A model generated the notes under the pieces. That model was not told the DNA's origin. It made no database searches and worked only from the letters and a program-made list of their open reading frames with translations. A stretch of DNA of 32,000 nucleotides, taken from contig NC_006576.1 in the NCBI RefSeq assembly GCF_000010065.1, positions 2,430,001 through 2,462,000 of the forward strand, written 5' to 3'. Of the stretch, positions 23,762-32,000 are shown one piece after another; within the stretch, counting starts at the first letter, position 1; every line of letters begins with the position of its first letter. The position numbers were made by a program, and so were the translations under genes. Source of the stretch: Synechococcus elongatus PCC 6301. GTDB lineage: Bacteria > Cyanobacteriota > Cyanobacteriia > Synechococcales > Synechococcaceae.

Positions 23762-23984
23762 GGACTCAGCTGTGGCACGTATTTTCTCAGTTTACGGTGG
23801 CGATTGAGAGCCGCTGCGTCACAAAACATGAAGCTTCTGATCGGGGCTGAAGCAATCGCTCGCTGTAGGAAATCGGATTCCGCTCTTGGGTGTCAGCCGA
23901 CGAGGGAACCTTCCGTAACATTTAGCAATCTTGGATAAAGAAGCTGCCCAAGCTGGTTGCTGCTGTGATTCGTAAAAGATTGGG

Positions 23985-25220
23985 ATGACCTTCTCCACCG
24001 CTGCTACCGCCCTGATTGGACTGGCGATCGCGACTGGATGTGCCAGTTGCAGCTCGGCCTCCTTGCCACCAACTGCTTCAGCCCCTGTGAAGACGGCAGC
24101 GAAGCCCACGGCTTTATTGGTGCCTGAGTCGGTGCCCGAGCTGACTACGGTGGAAGTAACGCCCCTGGTCGAAGGGCTGGAACATCCCTGGAGTCTGGCT
24201 TGGCTTCCCAACGGCGATCTGTTGATTACGGAACGGCCGGGACGGCTGCGATTAGTTCGCCAAGGAAAGCTGGAACCGACTGCGATCGCGGGGTTACCCG
24301 CCGACCTGTTTGCACAAGGTCAGGGTGGCTTACTAGATATTGCTGTTGATCCTCAGTTTGAGCAAAATCGCTGGGTCTATTTCAGCTACGCTGCTGGCAC
24401 CGAAGCAGTTAATCGGGTTCAAGTGGCGCGGGGTAAGCTGAATGGCCTGCGACTGGAGAATGTAGAAGTCATCTTCACCGTGCGGCCCGATAAATCCAGT
24501 GCCCAGCATTTTGGCTCGCGGCTGGCTTGGTTGCCCGATCGCACCTTATTAATTGCGATCGGCGATGGCGGTAATCCGCCCGTGGAACTCAATGGTCGTT
24601 TGATTCGCCATCAAGCCCAGATGCCCGAGAGCGGTTTGGGTAAAATTCATCGCATCAATCGGGATGGCTCTATTCCTGCTGATAATCCGTTTCGGAATCA
24701 GCCCAAGGCTCAAGCCAGCTTATGGAGCCTTGGCCATCGCAATATTCAGGGCTTAGCAGTTGATCCGAAGACTGGAACAGTGTGGTCAACCGAGCATGGA
24801 TCGCGGGGTGGTGATGAGTTGAATCAAATTAAAGCAGGCGAAAATTACGGCTGGCCTGAGGTTACCTTTAGCCAAGAATATTGGGGCGCTGAAATTACTC
24901 CGCTTCGGACTCAAGCTGGCATGATTGACCCGCATTTAGTCTGGACGCCAGCGATCGCTCCTTCTGGGATAACGGTCTATCGTGGTACAAAAGTGCCTGA
25001 TTGGCAGGGCAAGATTTTTGCAGGCGGTTTAGTTGGCCGAGATATTCGCGTCATCCAGCTGTCTCCCGAAGGCCAAGCAACTAATGTTTCGCGTATTCCC
25101 ATCGGAGCGCGAGTTCGGGACGTTCGCCAAGGCCCCAGCGGCGATCTCTATGTATTGACCGATGAGTCTTCGGGCAAGCTCATTCGTGTGCGATCGACGA
25201 CTGCTTCAACTCAAAGCTAA
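23985..25220 (+). CDS. PQQ-dependent soluble sugar (glucose/sorbosone) dehydrogenase family lipoprotein
   Basis: The lipobox-like N-terminus is 'LAIATGC'. Beta-propeller motifs 'PWSLAWLPNGDLLITERPGRLR', 'QGGLLDIAVDP', 'HFGSRLAW', 'GHRNIQGLA' and 'GDELN...NYGWP' are present. Confidence 0.85.
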   Translation: MTFSTAATALIGLAIATGCASCSSASLPPTASAPVKTAAKPTALLVPESVPELTTVEVTPLVEGLEHPWSLAWLPNGDLLITERPGRLRLVRQGKLEPTAIAGLPADLFAQGQGGLLDIAVDPQFEQNRWVYFSYAAGTEAVNRVQVARGKLNGLRLENVEVIFTVRPDKSSAQHFGSRLAWLPDRTLLIAIGDGGNPPVELNGRLIRHQAQMPESGLGKIHRINRDGSIPADNPFRNQPKAQASLWSLGHRNIQGLAVDPKTGTVWSTEHGSRGGDELNQIKAGENYGWPEVTFSQEYWGAEITPLRTQAGMIDPHLVWTPAIAPSGITVYRGTKVPDWQGKIFAGGLVGRDIRVIQLSPEGQATNVSRIPIGARVRDVRQGPSGDLYVLTDESSGKLIRVRSTTASTQS

Positions 25221-25240
25221 CTGGCTTGAACTGCTGTTTT

Positions 25241-26032
25241 CTAGGCTTGACTCATCCCTTTCATGGCAATCATTTCTAGGGCTGGGCTGCGATCGCCATT
25301 ACAGGCAATCCTGCGAGGCGCTAAACAGGTCATGACTTGAAATCCTAGGGCTTGGTAAAGCTCTAAAACTCTGGGCGTTGCTTGATTAGAAGTAATCACC
25401 GGACCGGTTGCTGAAGCTAGCCACTGGGCAAGTCGAACTTGATCATCCCAAGTAAATCCCTCTTTAGCGTATTGCCGAAATTCGACATCGTAGGGGGGGT
25501 CAGCATAGATCAGATCTTGCTTGCCGACTACTAACTGATCAAAGTCACCGAGATAGAACTGATAATCCTGAAAAAGTTGGGAGTAATCTGAAAAGTCGTA
25601 GCGGTAATGAATCGTTTTATAGCGACCAAAGGGGACATTAAATTCACCCTTGGAGTTGAAGCGGCAGAGGCCATTAAAACCCGTGCGATTGAGATAGTAA
25701 AAATATTGGGCTGATAGGGCTGAAGGTAGCTCAGTCTGATTAAAAGCTTGCCGATATTGATAGTAGAGATCTGAATCGTTTTCGAGGGGAATTGTGATCT
25801 CTAATCCTGCTTTGACCTGCTGGTAGAAGTTGATCAAATGCGGATTAATGTCATTCAAAAGCGCCCGTTTGGGCTGCAAGCTGAGCGTGACAGCCAGCCC
25901 GCCACAAAATGGCTCAACGAGGCGATCGTAGGTGATGCCTTGAACGAGTTCTTGCAGTTTGGGTGCCAGCCAGCGTTTACCCCCAGCCCATTTCAGCGGT
26001 GGCTTCAACGGCGCGATCGCAGGATCAGGCAT
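25241..26032 (-). CDS. Dam-family N6-adenine DNA methyltransferase (probable GATC specificity), orphan
   Basis: 'PLKWAGGKRWL', the AdoMet motif 'EPFCGGLAV' and the catalytic 'YADPPY' occur in alpha-class order. There is no adjacent endonuclease-like ORF. Confidence 0.9.
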   Translation of the reverse strand: MPDPAIAPLKPPLKWAGGKRWLAPKLQELVQGITYDRLVEPFCGGLAVTLSLQPKRALLNDINPHLINFYQQVKAGLEITIPLENDSDLYYQYRQAFNQTELPSALSAQYFYYLNRTGFNGLCRFNSKGEFNVPFGRYKTIHYRYDFSDYSQLFQDYQFYLGDFDQLVVGKQDLIYADPPYDVEFRQYAKEGFTWDDQVRLAQWLASATGPVITSNQATPRVLELYQALGFQVMTCLAPRRIACNGDRSPALEMIAMKGMSQA

Positions 26033-26038
26033 TGGGCG

Positions 26039-27019
26039 CTAGAGGCTGTATTGCATGAGTGCCGATCGCAGATCGGTACTGCGCGACCGCTGCAACTGTT
26101 CGTAGGCCTGACGTTCTGCCTCGGTCAGGCTTTTCGGTACCGCGATCGCCACTTTCACCAGCAGATCCCCGCGGCCCGTGCGAGTTGGCCAGCCCTTACC
26201 CCGCAGCCGCAGGGATTGTCCGGTGCGAACTCCGGCCGGAATCGTGACGTTGACCAAGCCATCCGGTGTGGGAACCGCGATCGTGGCACCGAGGGCTGCT
26301 TCATCCGGTGCGATCGGCACCTCACAGCTCAACTGGTCGCCCTCTAGCTGGAAAAACTCGTGGGGCTTAACCTCAATCTTCAGGTAGAGATCGCCGCGCT
26401 TGCCCGTATTGGGCATGATGTTGCCCTTGCCCCGCAGGCGCAGTTTACTCCCTGCTTTGATGCCAGCCGGCACCTTGACCTCAACCATTTCGCTGTTGAT
26501 GCGGAGCTGCTTTTGCGTCCCCCGAAAAGCATCGCTGAGGCTGAGACTAATACTGGCTTCAGCATCCAAATTGACGGCACGAGCCCCAGCAGTGGCCTGG
26601 CTACCAAAACCGCCGGCAAAATCCTGAAAACCAGGACTGCGATAACCGGCACTGGCGCTAGCCGTCGCGCCGCCGCCAAAACGGCCGAGCAGTTCGTTGA
26701 TGAAGTCATCAAAGCTGCCATAGCGGCCAAACTCAAAGTCCTCGAAGCCGACCCCAGGCCCTGGGCCACCTGTGGGGCCACCAACTCGGCTCCAATATTG
26801 GCCAAACTGGTCGTACTTGCGGCGCTTATCGGTGTCGGAGAGCACCTCGTAAGCTTCGTTGATTTCCTTAAAGCGTGCCTCAGCAACCTTGTCGCCCGGA
26901 TTCATATCGGGGTGGTACTGGCGAGCCAGCTTACGGAAAGCTTTTTTGATCTCATCGGCACTGGCAGCACGCCCCACTCCGAGGGTTGCGTAGTAGTCTT
27001 TGAAGTCCGTCGCTGCCAT
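26039..27019 (-). CDS. DnaJ-family co-chaperone, class II/CbpA-like (J domain + G/F region + C-terminal substrate domains, no zinc-finger)
   Basis: The J domain is 'DYYATLGV...YHPDMNPGD...[21 protein letters not shown]'. A Gly/Phe-rich linker is present, and no CxxCxGxG repeats were found. Confidence 0.9.
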   Translation of the reverse strand: MAATDFKDYYATLGVGRAASADEIKKAFRKLARQYHPDMNPGDKVAEARFKEINEAYEVLSDTDKRRKYDQFGQYWSRVGGPTGGPGPGVGFEDFEFGRYGSFDDFINELLGRFGGGATASASAGYRSPGFQDFAGGFGSQATAGARAVNLDAEASISLSLSDAFRGTQKQLRINSEMVEVKVPAGIKAGSKLRLRGKGNIMPNTGKRGDLYLKIEVKPHEFFQLEGDQLSCEVPIAPDEAALGATIAVPTPDGLVNVTIPAGVRTGQSLRLRGKGWPTRTGRGDLLVKVAIAVPKSLTEAERQAYEQLQRSRSTDLRSALMQYSL

Positions 27020-27140
27020 GGCGAAACTACATCTCCGTCAGAAGCTGATTGCACTGCGTCCTCATTCTGCCACTGTGTTCCCTGTCTTCTGTGGCACCGA
27101 ACCGATCGCTGGGGGGTGGAGAACCGATCGCGCAGCCACG

Positions 27141-30100
27141 CTAAAAGCGTTGGTTGAACTCTAGAACCGCCCGATTGTTGCCAGCGGTATCGGTTGTTCC
27201 CCGAATGCTGAGGCTATCGGTGAATTCGTAGCGCAGGTTGAACTGAGTTGGCAGGCCCAGTGTCAAAACTTGCAGCACTGAAACCGACAGATCATCGGTG
27301 ATGTCAAAGCCGATCTGTCCGCCTAGTCCGAGGACTGTGTTGGTGTTGCCGACTTGGGCTAGAGACTGGACGTCGCGATCGGGAACTTCGGTCACCGTTG
27401 GGAAGAGCTGAATATTGATCCGCTCACCCAGCGCACTGTTGAAGAAGCCTTGGACGTTGTTGAGCAAGGCTTGACTGGCCAGCCCTAACAAAGCTGTGCC
27501 GCCACCAGAATTCGCCAAGCTATTGACTGTGCCGCCACCGATCAGCGTCAGCAACTCCCGTTCACTACGGGGCGGGCTGCTGGTGAGCTGGATGCTGCTC
27601 TGGAGGTTGCTGGCGAGGGTGTTGACTTGGGCGCGGACTCGCACCAGTTGGAAGCGGCCAAACCCACTCTGGGATGGATCACTCTGGAACGGCAAGACGA
27701 TGCGATCGCTCCCTGTTTGTAGCGTCGATCCACTGAATTCGGGGATCGAAGCGACTAGGTTGACGTTGAGGAAGGGATCGAGACCGAGGTCCGGCCGGAA
27801 AATGACGCTGCTTGTCTGCCGGCGATCGAGGACAAAGGTGGAGGTGAAAAGATTTACCTGTCCAGACGTTAGCGTCAGCTTGCCATTGGGCGACAGCGTG
27901 GATCCCAGTGGGCCATCGAGGGTCAAATCCCCTGTTGCCCCAAAGCGAAACAGCGGTTCGGATTGAACCGACACCCCTTCTTCCAAGGCAATCTTGAGCT
28001 GTTGGAAGCGGACAGGCAGGGTGGGAGCACCCAAATCGCCACTGGCGAGGTTGGTGAGGCGATCGGGGCCAGGCAGCTGAATGTTGGCTTGATTGACCCG
28101 GATATCTCCCGCGATCGCGGGTTCTAGGGCAGAGCCCAGAATTTGTAGATCCGCCTCGGTCTTGCCGGTAAACAGGTTGGGTAAGGCGATCGTGGCGTCG
28201 CGGAGCGCGATGGTCAGTGGCTGTTCGCGATCGGGGTCACTGGCAGGCAAGAGTTGAGCAATTGGCAGGATGCCTTGGGCTGTGAGCGTACCGCCGTTGA
28301 AATTGCTGCTCAGGGTCTCGACCCGCAGGCGGTCCTGCGCAAAATTGATCTGGGCCGTCAGATTTGTCAGCGGTTGCTCAAACAGCGGCGAAGCCAACCT
28401 GGCATTTTCAAAGCGTGCTTGCCCCGAGAGGATAGGGGCATCAAGGGTGCCCCGCAGCCGCAGTTGTACATTCCCTTGTCCCCCCTGCCACTGCACCTGA
28501 TCGCGGCTGAGCAGGCTCAAGAACTTGAGGCCGTTGTTGCTGATGTCGAGGTTGAGCTGAACTTCGTCGCTGGGTTGGCTGGCCAAAAAGGGCAACTCAA
28601 GGGGCAGACTGCCGGTCACTCGCACCGGTTCAGGATCATCGGCAATGAGAGCAAAACCAAAGGTCAGACGACCGTCGCGAACGTTAAAGCCGGTTTGTTC
28701 AGCCTGAATCGATGTGCCATTGAAGATGGCATTGCTCAGCTGGAGATCGCCCAAAATTTGCGGGTTATCGAGGCGGCCTGACAGGGTGGCTGAGAGTCCC
28801 AAGCTGCCTTGCATTTCAACGGGCAGTCGCAGGAATTGTTGAATACCCGCTAGCGATAACCCTTCGACAAAGAGTTCGCCTTGAGTTTGGTCGCTGAAGC
28901 TGCCGCTAAAGCTGAGCTTGGTCGCGCCAGTCTGCAGTTCAAAGGGTTCCAGTTGGATTTGGTTTTGTTTGACGGCCCCTTTGAGTAGTACGCGATCGGC
29001 GCGATAGTCTCCCCAAACCCAGTTACTACCTTGGAAGTCAAAGTCTGCAGTCAGTCCCTGACGCCAGGACCCACCCACGGTTGCCACCCCATCAAAGCGA
29101 CCCGTGAGCTGGCGAATAGTAGGAAGTGTGGGCAGTGGCTGTTGTGCTTGTTCTTGCTGTTGCAACGCTTGGAGCTGACTCAGGCGCTGCAGCTGTTGGT
29201 AAAGAGAGGTGGCCGTGTCGTCGATGCCGGGTACCGAGGCGATCGCTGCAGCATCCGCGAACTCCGGTTGTTCCGCCAAAAAGCCCGATCGCTGCAGACT
29301 GCGCAGGAACCAAGCCAATTCTTGTGGGTTGCCCTGTTTAGCCTCGAGTCGTGCCGAGACTTGACCCGTACCAGCCAACTGAACTCGGCCTTGCAAACTG
29401 TAGAGGCTGTTATCCCGTGCCAGGGTTGCTTCTGTAAGCGTCAGCCAGCCATCACCCAGTTGGAACTGAGCGTTCAGGCGATCGCCCCGCACATAGCCGA
29501 GGCGAGGACGCAGCACCGAGAGATTGCCGCTGCCGGTGCCCCGCTGGAGGTTGAGGCGACCCTCGCCACTGACTCGCCCCGAGGTCACCAAGGGAATGCC
29601 GCGATCGCTCGGTAGGTTCAGTCCGGCAATGCTGAAGTTATCGGCCTGCCAGCGCAGATCGGAACCTTGGGCTTTGGCTTCAATCACGCCGCCACTCTGT
29701 TGCCAGCGGAAGTTCTGTAGCTGGAAGCGGCGATCGGTTTGCGCTAGGAGTTGTCCATCGGAGCTGCTCAAGGCGACCTGCAGGCCCTGCTGGTTGTAGC
29801 GCAGATTGCCCAGCCAATCGCGCCGTCGACGCTGAGCACTCCAACCCACATCGCGGATTTGCAGATCGCCCTCCAGTTGTGGCGCTTGGAAGCGACCGAC
29901 TAGCCTACCTTGGAAGCCCAAGTTACCCTGCAGCGGCAGTGGCAGCGGCAGCGTTTGCAGGGCAACCTGCTGAATATTCAGGCCGATCTGGAGCTGTTGA
30001 TCGGCGGTGGCATTGGGCCGGACTTGTCCTCGGGCGATGAGCCCGGAAGCGGCGAATTGGCGCAGCGCCAGCTGTTGCCCATCCCAGCCCCAGTCCAAGT

Positions 30101-31847
30101 TGGCCTGACCATCGGCCCAACGCTGACCCTGCCAAGCCAGATTAGTCAGGGCTAGGCGACTGTCGGCCTGAACGGTGGTCAGAGACAACGCGTTCAGACT
30201 GCCGTTCAGCTGGATTTGACCGCTCGCTTGGCCACCTAGGTCTGCTGTCAGTAGTTGCAGCGGCAGATCTCGGACCTGGACATCACCCTGCCAGCGATCG
30301 CCCTGACTGGTGAGCCGGGCTTGAATCGCACCACGACCCGTTTGAACTAGCGCAACGGCCTGCCAATCGGGCTGACGGTTGAGAAAAATCTGGCCGTTGA
30401 CGGTTTGCTGCTGGGCGGTGGTTTGCCAGCGAACTTCTGCCTCGGGGCGATCGAGGGTTCCCCGAATCTGACCACTGGCGATTAGGGATCCCAGTTCCAG
30501 CTCGGTGGGAACCGCCGCTCCTAAGTTTTGCAACAGCTGTCGGCTGGAGAGACCCCGTAGATCTGCGGTGAAGGCGATCGGTCGGCTGGCTTGGCGTCCG
30601 ACGCTGCCCTGAAGTGACAGTTGCCCCTGTTGGGCGATCGTGATCGCTCCTTGTTGAACGCGCAGTTGCTTAGCGTCCAGTTGGTATTGGGCAGTGGCCC
30701 GACCGAGGGCGAGGCCCTGCCACGTGGTGCCGGCGGCCGGCGTCAGGACAATCGCGCCCCGAAACGCTTCGCGTGCTTGCTCAATGTTCAGCTGTGCTTG
30801 CAGGGGGCCACCCAGTTTGAGCCCTGGCAAAGGCGATCGCGCCGTCGAGCTGCTGGCGGTTGTGGTCAGCTGAATCGTGCCGCCCTGATCGAACGTCCAA
30901 TTTCCCTGTCCTTGGATTCGCCAGTCTTGCCAGCGGGCAGTGCCTCGTTGAACCGTAATCTGGCGATCTTGAAACTGCAGCGCTGCCGTCACTTGCTGCA
31001 AACGCACGGGGACTTCTGTTGCCTTGAGGGTTGCCGACTGCAACTGGGCTGAGCCGTTGATGGCCGTCACCTGTTGGTCCCGCAACTGCAGAGAGAGGTT
31101 ACCGCTGGCGGTGCCGGCCTCAGCGATCGCTGGCAACCGCAGCGTTTGGGCTAACAAGCGTTGCACTTCGGGCAGGGCTACCTGCTGACTGCGCAGGCGA
31201 ATTTCGCCATTCCTGCCGCCCTGAATCTCGCCTGCCACCCAGCCACGCTGGCCGGTACTCAATTGAGCCGTGGCTTGAAACCGAGCCCGCTGCTCTTGGG
31301 ACAGTTGCAAATGACCGGCGATCGCACTGAGGCGGATGGGGACCAGCAGTTGATTCTGGGTATTGCGGGGCTGGAGACTGAGTTTTCCGCCCGCAACAAC
31401 TAACTTGAGGTCGGGATATTCACTGATTTGAGCTTGGGTCGGGAAGGTATACCACTGGCCATTGCTGAGTTGCTGCAGACTGGCATCAACGTTTTCCAGA
31501 CGCAGCTGTAAGGGCAGACGACCTTGGAAGAGGCCAGCCCAATCGATCCCGACTGTGGTGGTCTGCCAACTAACAAAACTCGGGCCTGAGACAGTACCAA
31601 GCTGCGATTGCCCTAGGCGCACCCCATCCCAGTTCCAGCCCTCGATATTCCCAAGCTGAATCGGTTGCCCCAAAGCAGCGGTCAACTGCTGCTCAGCCTG
31701 GGGAATCAACCAAGTTTCTGCCAGACGCTGGGGACCACCGAGGCCCACCCAAACGCCGCCCGCTAGCACCAAGCCACCCCCAAGCATCCACCAAGCGCGC
31801 CGCCGCGATGGAGGATTGGGAGCGTGGGGCTCGGGCGAAGCAACCAT
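27141..31847 (-). CDS. TamB / TIC236-like translocation-and-assembly-module protein (DUF490 C-terminus)
   Basis: The protein is 1568 aa with an N-terminal anchor 'AWWMLGGGLVLAGGVWVGLGG'. Its body is a long repetitive beta-rich sequence rich in Gln/Leu/Gly. The C-terminal block ends '...LSIRGTTDTAGNNRAVLEFNQRF', typical of TamB-family ends. The family assignment is by architecture and memory. Confidence 0.85.
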   Translation of the reverse strand: MVASPEPHAPNPPSRRRAWWMLGGGLVLAGGVWVGLGGPQRLAETWLIPQAEQQLTAALGQPIQLGNIEGWNWDGVRLGQSQLGTVSGPSFVSWQTTTVGIDWAGLFQGRLPLQLRLENVDASLQQLSNGQWYTFPTQAQISEYPDLKLVVAGGKLSLQPRNTQNQLLVPIRLSAIAGHLQLSQEQRARFQATAQLSTGQRGWVAGEIQGGRNGEIRLRSQQVALPEVQRLLAQTLRLPAIAEAGTASGNLSLQLRDQQVTAINGSAQLQSATLKATEVPVRLQQVTAALQFQDRQITVQRGTARWQDWRIQGQGNWTFDQGGTIQLTTTASSSTARSPLPGLKLGGPLQAQLNIEQAREAFRGAIVLTPAAGTTWQGLALGRATAQYQLDAKQLRVQQGAITIAQQGQLSLQGSVGRQASRPIAFTADLRGLSSRQLLQNLGAAVPTELELGSLIASGQIRGTLDRPEAEVRWQTTAQQQTVNGQIFLNRQPDWQAVALVQTGRGAIQARLTSQGDRWQGDVQVRDLPLQLLTADLGGQASGQIQLNGSLNALSLTTVQADSRLALTNLAWQGQRWADGQANLDWGWDGQQLALRQFAASGLIARGQVRPNATADQQLQIGLNIQQVALQTLPLPLPLQGNLGFQGRLVGRFQAPQLEGDLQIRDVGWSAQRRRRDWLGNLRYNQQGLQVALSSSDGQLLAQTDRRFQLQNFRWQQSGGVIEAKAQGSDLRWQADNFSIAGLNLPSDRGIPLVTSGRVSGEGRLNLQRGTGSGNLSVLRPRLGYVRGDRLNAQFQLGDGWLTLTEATLARDNSLYSLQGRVQLAGTGQVSARLEAKQGNPQELAWFLRSLQRSGFLAEQPEFADAAAIASVPGIDDTATSLYQQLQRLSQLQALQQQEQAQQPLPTLPTIRQLTGRFDGVATVGGSWRQGLTADFDFQGSNWVWGDYRADRVLLKGAVKQNQIQLEPFELQTGATKLSFSGSFSDQTQGELFVEGLSLAGIQQFLRLPVEMQGSLGLSATLSGRLDNPQILGDLQLSNAIFNGTSIQAEQTGFNVRDGRLTFGFALIADDPEPVRVTGSLPLELPFLASQPSDEVQLNLDISNNGLKFLSLLSRDQVQWQGGQGNVQLRLRGTLDAPILSGQARFENARLASPLFEQPLTNLTAQINFAQDRLRVETLSSNFNGGTLTAQGILPIAQLLPASDPDREQPLTIALRDATIALPNLFTGKTEADLQILGSALEPAIAGDIRVNQANIQLPGPDRLTNLASGDLGAPTLPVRFQQLKIALEEGVSVQSEPLFRFGATGDLTLDGPLGSTLSPNGKLTLTSGQVNLFTSTFVLDRRQTSSVIFRPDLGLDPFLNVNLVASIPEFSGSTLQTGSDRIVLPFQSDPSQSGFGRFQLVRVRAQVNTLASNLQSSIQLTSSPPRSERELLTLIGGGTVNSLANSGGGTALLGLASQALLNNVQGFFNSALGERINIQLFPTVTEVPDRDVQSLAQVGNTNTVLGLGGQIGFDITDDLSVSVLQVLTLGLPTQFNLRYEFTDSLSIRGTTDTAGNNRAVLEFNQRF

Positions 31848-32000
31848 GGCGTCTTTGGGGCTAGGGCTGGTACGAACGCTAGGCCATTATCTGGCGTCAC
31901 TTTTGACTGTCAACTAGAGATAGAACAGTTTGGGGTGACAGTCTTGCGATCGAGGCCAACCCAGAAGCGCGATCGCCCAGACCCAAGCCAGTGAGAGCTT

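Larger units (their letters stand above)
1..32000. repeat. Dispersed HIP1 (highly iterated palindrome GCGATCGC) copies throughout the window, depleted in two patches
   Basis: By hand count there are about a dozen full GCGATCGC octamers in 10.0-11.3 kb, only 3 inside the 3.1-kb gene at 2957-6070, and none in 18452-19640. The octamer is a hallmark of many cyanobacterial genomes. Confidence 0.85.

Noticed and set aside
1-32000. Very frequent short repeat GCGATCGC, considered as a possible CRISPR-like or REP array.
   Set aside because: The copies are 8-bp palindromes dispersed inside coding regions with irregular spacing. This is the known HIP1 phenomenon, not a repeat-spacer array.

Overview
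This is a cyanobacterial chromosomal window. The HIP1 octamer GCGATCGC saturates most of it. The gene content (tandem flavodiiron proteins, HtpG, HemB, PrxQ, HypE, SmpB, a TamB/TIC236-like giant protein) looks like a Synechococcus elongatus-type genome; that assignment is from memory of gene content and is not verified. I support about 27 protein genes, tightly packed and mostly housekeeping or stress-related. I could not recognise any rRNA, tRNA, CRISPR array or intact IS element. Two patches look compositionally foreign by eye (AT-richer and HIP1-poor; GC was not computed). (a) 2957-6340 carries a 1037-aa membrane/5xPAS/GGDEF diguanylate cyclase and its AT-rich leader. (b) About 18.45-19.64 kb carries a DUF3102-like gene and a palindrome-rich AT spacer, next to a short tyrosine-recombinase-like gene whose catalytic residues appear degenerate. 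Patch (b), a minus-strand module from 20178 to 18302 between yciI/smpB and hypE, is my best candidate for something undescribed. It looks like a cryptic or domesticated mobile-element remnant, but I cannot assign it a function or recognise it as a known defence system. Other points worth a second look: a Fur-family paralog lacking both CxxC pairs, next to a DUF3685-type pseudo-receiver protein; an orphan Dam-type methyltransferase 6 bp downstream of a dnaJ-like gene, in a genome whose dominant repeat contains GATC; a CoA-themed cluster (coaX / Nudix / Sfp-type PPTase) with a 28-bp convergent overlap; and several hairpins built from HIP1 copies. Start codons were adjusted by eye for several track ORFs. 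All homology calls come from motif recognition, not from searches.
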